Source of the DNA: Fidelibacterota bacterium
Lineage (GTDB): Bacteria > Fidelibacterota > Marinisomatia > Marinisomatales > TCS55
Length of the DNA stretch: 11,727 bases
Assembly: GCA_046861385.1 (NCBI GenBank)
Contig: JBHHTW010000049.1
Location: 1-11,727 of the forward strand
Direction: 5' to 3'
Each line of letters starts with the position of its first letter. Positions within the stretch are counted from its first letter, which is position 1. The translations under genes were made by a program, and so were the position numbers. Below, one piece after another: positions 7,622-11,727 of this stretch. Below the pieces are notes generated by a model. It was not told the origin of the DNA. It saw only the letters and a list, made by a program, of their open reading frames with translations, and searched no databases.

Positions 7622-8418
7622 TTCTTTATCCTCTTTTTACTTAATTCCGGAACACCAAATATCCGTATAACTGCATCACCTAATTTAGGGGATATTTGTC
7701 CAATCGCTAATAGCGGTTTTATGGGACCGTGATTTACAATGATTTCTGCTTTATTTTTCCTGATTGCTTTTAAGACAGCATCGGCGACTGCCTGAGGTTT
7801 TGACGAACCCAATAACGGAGGCGGATCTACACCCCCGTCAAAAAACATTCCTGTGTCTGAGATATACCCGGGACAAATAACCGAAATTTCTACATTCGTA
7901 TCAACCAATTCTTGTCGCATTCCATCCGTCCACATGATCAGACCTGCCTTGCTTGCAGAGTATGGTGTACTAAAAGGTAATCCTTTCTTCCCTGCTAAAG
8001 ATGCGATGGAAACAATATGCCCGCCCCTTTCCAACATTGATGGCAATAATAATCGTGTTAATTCCATTGGAGCATAAAGATTAATATTCAAAATATCAGA
8101 AACTTCATTTGCTGTATAATTCTGAAATGGCTTATATAATTCAATCCCGGCATTATTTACCAATATATCGATATTTCCACGGATGGCTTTGGCATTATCA
8201 ACCAGTTTTGATAATGCTTGAATACTATTTAAATCAAACGGGAAAGAATAGAATTCACCACCCTCATTTTCAATATCTTTTTTTACCAGGTTAAGGTTCT
8301 CCTGTGATCGAGCTACTCCGATAACAAATGCTCCGTTTTTCGCCAAAGTTTTTGCGATGTATGATCCAATTCCCCGGGAAGCGCCGGTTAATAATACATT
8401 TTTATTTTTTATGTTCAT
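7618..8418 (-). CDS. Short-chain dehydrogenase/reductase (SDR)
   Basis: TGASRGIG, LVNNAG, catalytic YSASK and ICPG; ATGA overlap with the downstream gene. Confidence 0.95.
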   Translation of the reverse strand: MNIKNKNVLLTGASRGIGSYIAKTLAKNGAFVIGVARSQENLNLVKKDIENEGGEFYSFPFDLNSIQALSKLVDNAKAIRGNIDILVNNAGIELYKPFQNYTANEVSDILNINLYAPMELTRLLLPSMLERGGHIVSIASLAGKKGLPFSTPYSASKAGLIMWTDGMRQELVDTNVEISVICPGYISDTGMFFDGGVDPPPLLGSSKPQAVADAVLKAIRKNKAEIIVNHGPIKPLLAIGQISPKLGDAVIRIFGVPELSKKRIKK

Positions 8419-8608
8419 TCTATCTCAATGGGAATTTATTAATGAATAAAATTTACCGTATCGTTCCTTTACTATACATACTTTTTATAAGTATGCTATA
8501 GATTTTATCCGGAAAGATATTCCTTGGATAAAGTGGGTGATTCAAAAAATTATTTATGGTAATATCTCTAAATTATTCCTCATGTAATTCATTGAAAAGG
8601 TAAAGAGA

Positions 8609-8767
8609 TTGTTTAAAAAGCTATTTATTAAATTTCTTGTTGTGGTGGGTATTCTCATCTTTCTATCGAAAATGTATCCTGATAATGCGATTATCCAGAT
8701 AATTGTGGAAAATTATAAGAGTATTGCATCATCAATACTGGAAAAATTGAGTTCATTCTTAAAATAG
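8609..8767 (+). CDS. Possible small membrane protein (52 aa, TTG start)
   Basis: MFKKLFIKFLVVVGILIFLSKMYPDNAIIQIIVENYKSIASSILEKLSSFLK; basic N-terminus plus hydrophobic helix; only a weak AAGG upstream. Confidence 0.45.
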   Translation: MFKKLFIKFLVVVGILIFLSKMYPDNAIIQIIVENYKSIASSILEKLSSFLK

Positions 8768-8855
8768 AATTGGCATCGAATTGTCTATATCCTATTTCAT
8801 CTATTAATGATTAATATCTTCTGTGCTACTATTATCACTTACGAAAAATCATAAA

Positions 8856-9893
8856 ATGAGAACGTTTTCCTTTATATTAGGATTATCCCTCCTCTCCACT
8901 CTAATTGGACAACAGCAATTTCCTTGGAGCGATCTGAATTATCATGAAGCGCTTCAGAAATCCGGTGACAAAATTATTATGATGGACTTCTATACAGAAT
9001 GGTGAAGTTGGTGTAAGCGGCTGGATGCCGATGTATTCCCCGATGAGCGAGTAATAACTTTCGCAAACAATAATTTCACTAGCCTGAAAATTGATGCAGA
9101 AAAAGGTGAAGGACCCGATTTAGTAAAACAATTTAAAATCCCCGGATATCCCACATTACTTTTTGTGAATGCCCATGGAAATGAAATTGACAGAATAATT
9201 GGATACCGACCTGTTGACGAATTTTTAGAAGAGATAAAACGTATCAACAATAATCGAGGTACTATTGAAAACCTCACTGATCAGTTGAAAGCAAATCCTA
9301 AAAATAACTCCCTCCTACTGAAACTGGCCGAAAAGTGGGATCAACGCGGTTCCCACCAACAATCTTTGAAATATTGGGAATTGTTGCTGCATGAGAATGA
9401 TAATCGTAATGACTTAGCACAGGTAAGAATTGCCCAAAATAGAACAAAAATAGAAAACACTCCCGAATTCCTTCTAGAATTAATTGATAATTACCCTGAT
9501 AATAAATATTTACCGGATGCTTATAGGAGTTTACAAAATTATTACCGGTCTGAGCACGATACAATTGCTGAAGCTAAAACGTATGAGAAACTTGTTACTA
9601 TATTACTAGAAACAGATAAAGTATCTGCCGGAGACCTAAATGGATATGCCTGGCGTATGACTCAGTTAGAATTGAACCTGGACGATGCTCTGGAAAAAAT
9701 CCGGCAAGCCGTAGTGTTGATAGCTGACGAAGATGAAGAAACACAAGCACAAACCATGGATACTGAAGCAGAGGTTTTATGGAAACTGGGAAGACCAACC
9801 GAAGCAATTGCCATTATGAATCAATGTATTCTATTACAACCGGAAGACGATTACTATAAAGAACAAAAAGAGAAATTTGAGACCTCTCTTTAA
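8856..9893 (+). CDS. Exported thioredoxin-fold + TPR protein, probable selenoprotein (Sec50, UxxC), 345 aa
   Basis: One frame across TGA 9003-9005: IIMMDFYTEW-U-SWCKRLDADVF...LKIDAEKGEG...FKIPGYPTLLFVNAHGNEIDRIIGYRP (thioredoxin fold), then helical repeats (LNGYAWR, MDTEAEVLWKLGRPTEAI). Signal peptide from ATG 8856. Confidence 0.88.
9006..9037 (+). promoter_or_regulatory. Candidate bacterial SECIS element
   Basis: CGGC (9018-21) - loop TGGAT - GCCG (9027-30). The apical loop starts 16 nt after UGA and has G at position 2. Weak lower stem TGTA 9012-15 / TGTA 9032-35 using G-U pairs. Confidence 0.6.
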
Positions 9894-9936
9894 ACTATAA
9901 TTCAAATTTCTGCTTTAACAGTCTTCATTCGACCTT

Positions 9937-9987
9937 GCGGAAGTTTTACTTGTCCGCCGAAGCCTTGGCGTAGGAGGAAACTTCCGC
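9937..9987. repeat. Nested palindrome (REP-like, possible bidirectional terminator) between convergent genes
   Basis: GCGGAAGTTT / AAACTTCCGC is a perfect 10-bp inverted repeat enclosing TCCGCCGAAGCCTTGGCGTAGGAGGA. Confidence 0.65.
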
Positions 9988-10001
9988 CGTGTTGATTACA
10001 A

Positions 10002-10844
10002 TTAGATTACCATCTCCAGTCCGGTGTGAGCGTACTCGCAACTCATGTCGACTCCAGCCCCACTAATGATGCTTCGAGCCTTCTTGGCCATCTCATCCAC
10101 CTGATCATCCGTTCGTTCCTGATTCAAATGAAACAGGATCAAATGGCCTACCTCACTATCGATTCCAAGTCTCACTGTATCCAAGTAAACTGAATGCCCC
10201 CACCCTTTGGAAAAACTATCGTATTCCTCCGGTAAATATTCGGCATCATGCAACAAAACATCTACTCCATATACAAACTTTATATATTCTTCAATCGGTT
10301 TGGCATTGGGTTGGGGATAGGATAGTTCGTTATCCGGGAATATCGCAATGCTGGTTTCACCTTCATAAAGGCGAAACCCATATCCTTTATTGGGGTGATT
10401 CAAAGGAATACTTTGGCAATGCAATCCAGCAAATTCAAATTCAGGAAGACATTTTTTGTCAAATTTTAGTGTAGCCAAAACAGCACTCAAATCTACCGGG
10501 AAGAACGGAGCGCGCATCGTTTCCTTGAGGATTGATCTGATTGATTCCTGCGCAAATGTGCAACCATGAAAATGCAGTAAGCTGTCTTTGCTGTATAGTG
10601 GCTTGAAAAATGGAAAGCCAATTAAATGATCCCAGTGGGCATGGGAGAATAGAAAGTGAAACTCGGTCCTGCCCTCTTTTAATAGTTTATTCCCTAAAGA
10701 TCTGATACCCGAGCCAGCGTCAATGATGATAGTGTCTCCCCCTTCTGTCTCGATTTCAACGCAAGTGGTATCGCCTCCGTATCGAACAAACTCTTGGCCG
10801 CTTACAGGAATAGATCCTCGTGCTCCCCATATCCTAATTTTCAT
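10002..10844 (-). CDS. Metallo-beta-lactamase-fold hydrolase (RNase Z / PhnP-like)
   Basis: WGARGSIP, YGGDTTCVEI, IIDAGSG, SHAHWDH (HxHxDH), LLHDAEY, GWGHS and LILFH; AAGGAG SD at 10853-10858. Confidence 0.93.
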   Translation of the reverse strand: MKIRIWGARGSIPVSGQEFVRYGGDTTCVEIETEGGDTIIIDAGSGIRSLGNKLLKEGRTEFHFLFSHAHWDHLIGFPFFKPLYSKDSLLHFHGCTFAQESIRSILKETMRAPFFPVDLSAVLATLKFDKKCLPEFEFAGLHCQSIPLNHPNKGYGFRLYEGETSIAIFPDNELSYPQPNAKPIEEYIKFVYGVDVLLHDAEYLPEEYDSFSKGWGHSVYLDTVRLGIDSEVGHLILFHLNQERTDDQVDEMAKKARSIISGAGVDMSCEYAHTGLEMVI

Positions 10845-10967
10845 GGTAGTTTCTCCTTAATATTTTTATGCAACTACAACGTACTATTTTTCCGCAAGTT
10901 GGTAGTGATTGGAAGCGAAACTTGTTCGCCTGCCGACGGAAATTTCCGAAAAATTTTTTATTTACTA

Positions 10968-11066
10968 TTAACAATAAAATTCCATTGACCACAGGAAAAA
11001 TAAAAACACAAATAGAATCAATATTTTCAAAATACGGTTTAGTAGTCGTTTTTGTTTGTCTTTCAT
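10968..11066 (-). CDS. Possible small membrane peptide (32 aa)
   Basis: MKDKQKRLLNRILKILILFVFLFFLWSMEFYC; GGAG SD 7 nt upstream; positive-inside N-terminus plus TM helix. Confidence 0.5.
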   Translation of the reverse strand: MKDKQKRLLNRILKILILFVFLFFLWSMEFYC

Positions 11067-11527
11067 TTAGTTTCTCCAGTTAAATCCTATTCCATCAAAA
11101 TCATCGTCATCACACCAAAAATCAGAAATTTTATGCGTTGAATGTACTATTTAGCATAGACAATTGCAGTATATAAGACCTTATTATACGAATTACATAT
11201 GTGAATTATAAACCCTGTCAACTACCAATAACCACCTTCGATGTATCGGCGTGGGATATAACATATATAATGACCCCCTCCCCTTGGACTGGGCAGTACT
11301 TACATATAAATTTACGTACCTATAATTACGTACCCATTATGACATTACATGATACTATTTGAAGTAGTATGTCATAGTGGTTACTCGAGGACAAAGCCAG
11401 TTTTAGAGGAGGTGTGATTTATATTGGGAAGCTCGGATAATAACCATTGATTGTGTTTGGAGTAGGTGTATCCTTATTATGATTTATTATACATTATTTT
11501 GCACAACATGACACAACAATAAATAAT

Positions 11528-11555
11528 AAAACCCCCGACAATTATCGAGGATTTT
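11528..11555 (-). terminator. Intrinsic terminator of tRNA-Gly
   Basis: Minus strand AAAATCCTCGA-TAATTG-TCGGGGGTTTT, with G-U pairs consistent with that strand. Confidence 0.75.
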
Positions 11556-11561
11556 GGAGAG

Positions 11562-11634
<73 letters not shown>

Positions 11635-11727
11635 ATAAAATTGGGGCGGAAAATTACAGTCTTATTGTAATCCTATCAATCGTATTTTGGTATTAATTCA
11701 AACTTTCTTTCCTGGCGGTTCAATACC

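Noticed and set aside
2467-8294. Short ORFs 2467-2700, 4155-4382, 4619-4813, 4849-5037, 6690-6944, 7853-8077 and 8109-8294
   Set aside because: Antisense or off-frame shadows overlapping well-supported genes, with no motifs.
9003-9005. Alternative genetic code (UGA = Trp/Gly)
   Set aside because: TGA is a normal stop in ATGA overlaps at 2240 and 7618, and other long ORFs have no internal TGA.
8823-9893. Two separate genes (60 aa and 242 aa) as in the ORF track
   Set aside because: Same frame, with a continuous thioredoxin fold across the TGA. The GTG start at 9165 lies mid-domain.
10002-10844. Antibiotic-resistance beta-lactamase
   Set aside because: No signal peptide; the motifs fit the RNase Z/PhnP-like branch of the MBL fold.
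8990-11083. Short ORFs 8990-9277, 9298-9564, 9598-9807, 10794-10988 and 10868-11083
   Set aside because: Antisense to the Trx-TPR gene, or overlapping the MBL start and repeat region; no RBS or recognisable features.

Overview
AT-rich bacterial chromosomal region using standard code 11 (TGA ends genes at 2240 and 7618). The tRNA genes lack encoded CCA and many proteins are exported; an FCB-group or Marinimicrobia-like origin is a guess only. Three minus-strand tRNA genes are present: Gly-GCC (11562-11634), Cys-GCA (1356-1429) and Leu-TAA (1173-1256). Between Gly and Cys lie an MBL-fold hydrolase, an SDR plus strictosidine-synthase-like pair, a four-gene operon (outer-membrane beta-barrel, hypothetical, M3 oligopeptidase, hypothetical), other hypotheticals and three small membrane ORFs missing from the ORF track. 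Two signals stand out. (1) ORFs 8823-9005 and 9165-9893 are one reading frame: an exported thioredoxin-TPR protein with an in-frame TGA in a W-U-S-W-C redox motif, followed by a SECIS-like hairpin, i.e. a probable selenoprotein. (2) Downstream of tRNA-Leu and tRNA-Cys are tandem, degenerate copies of the tRNA 3' halves, each interrupted in the T-arm by a short GC-rich hairpin. The Leu copies form an array with repeated terminators.
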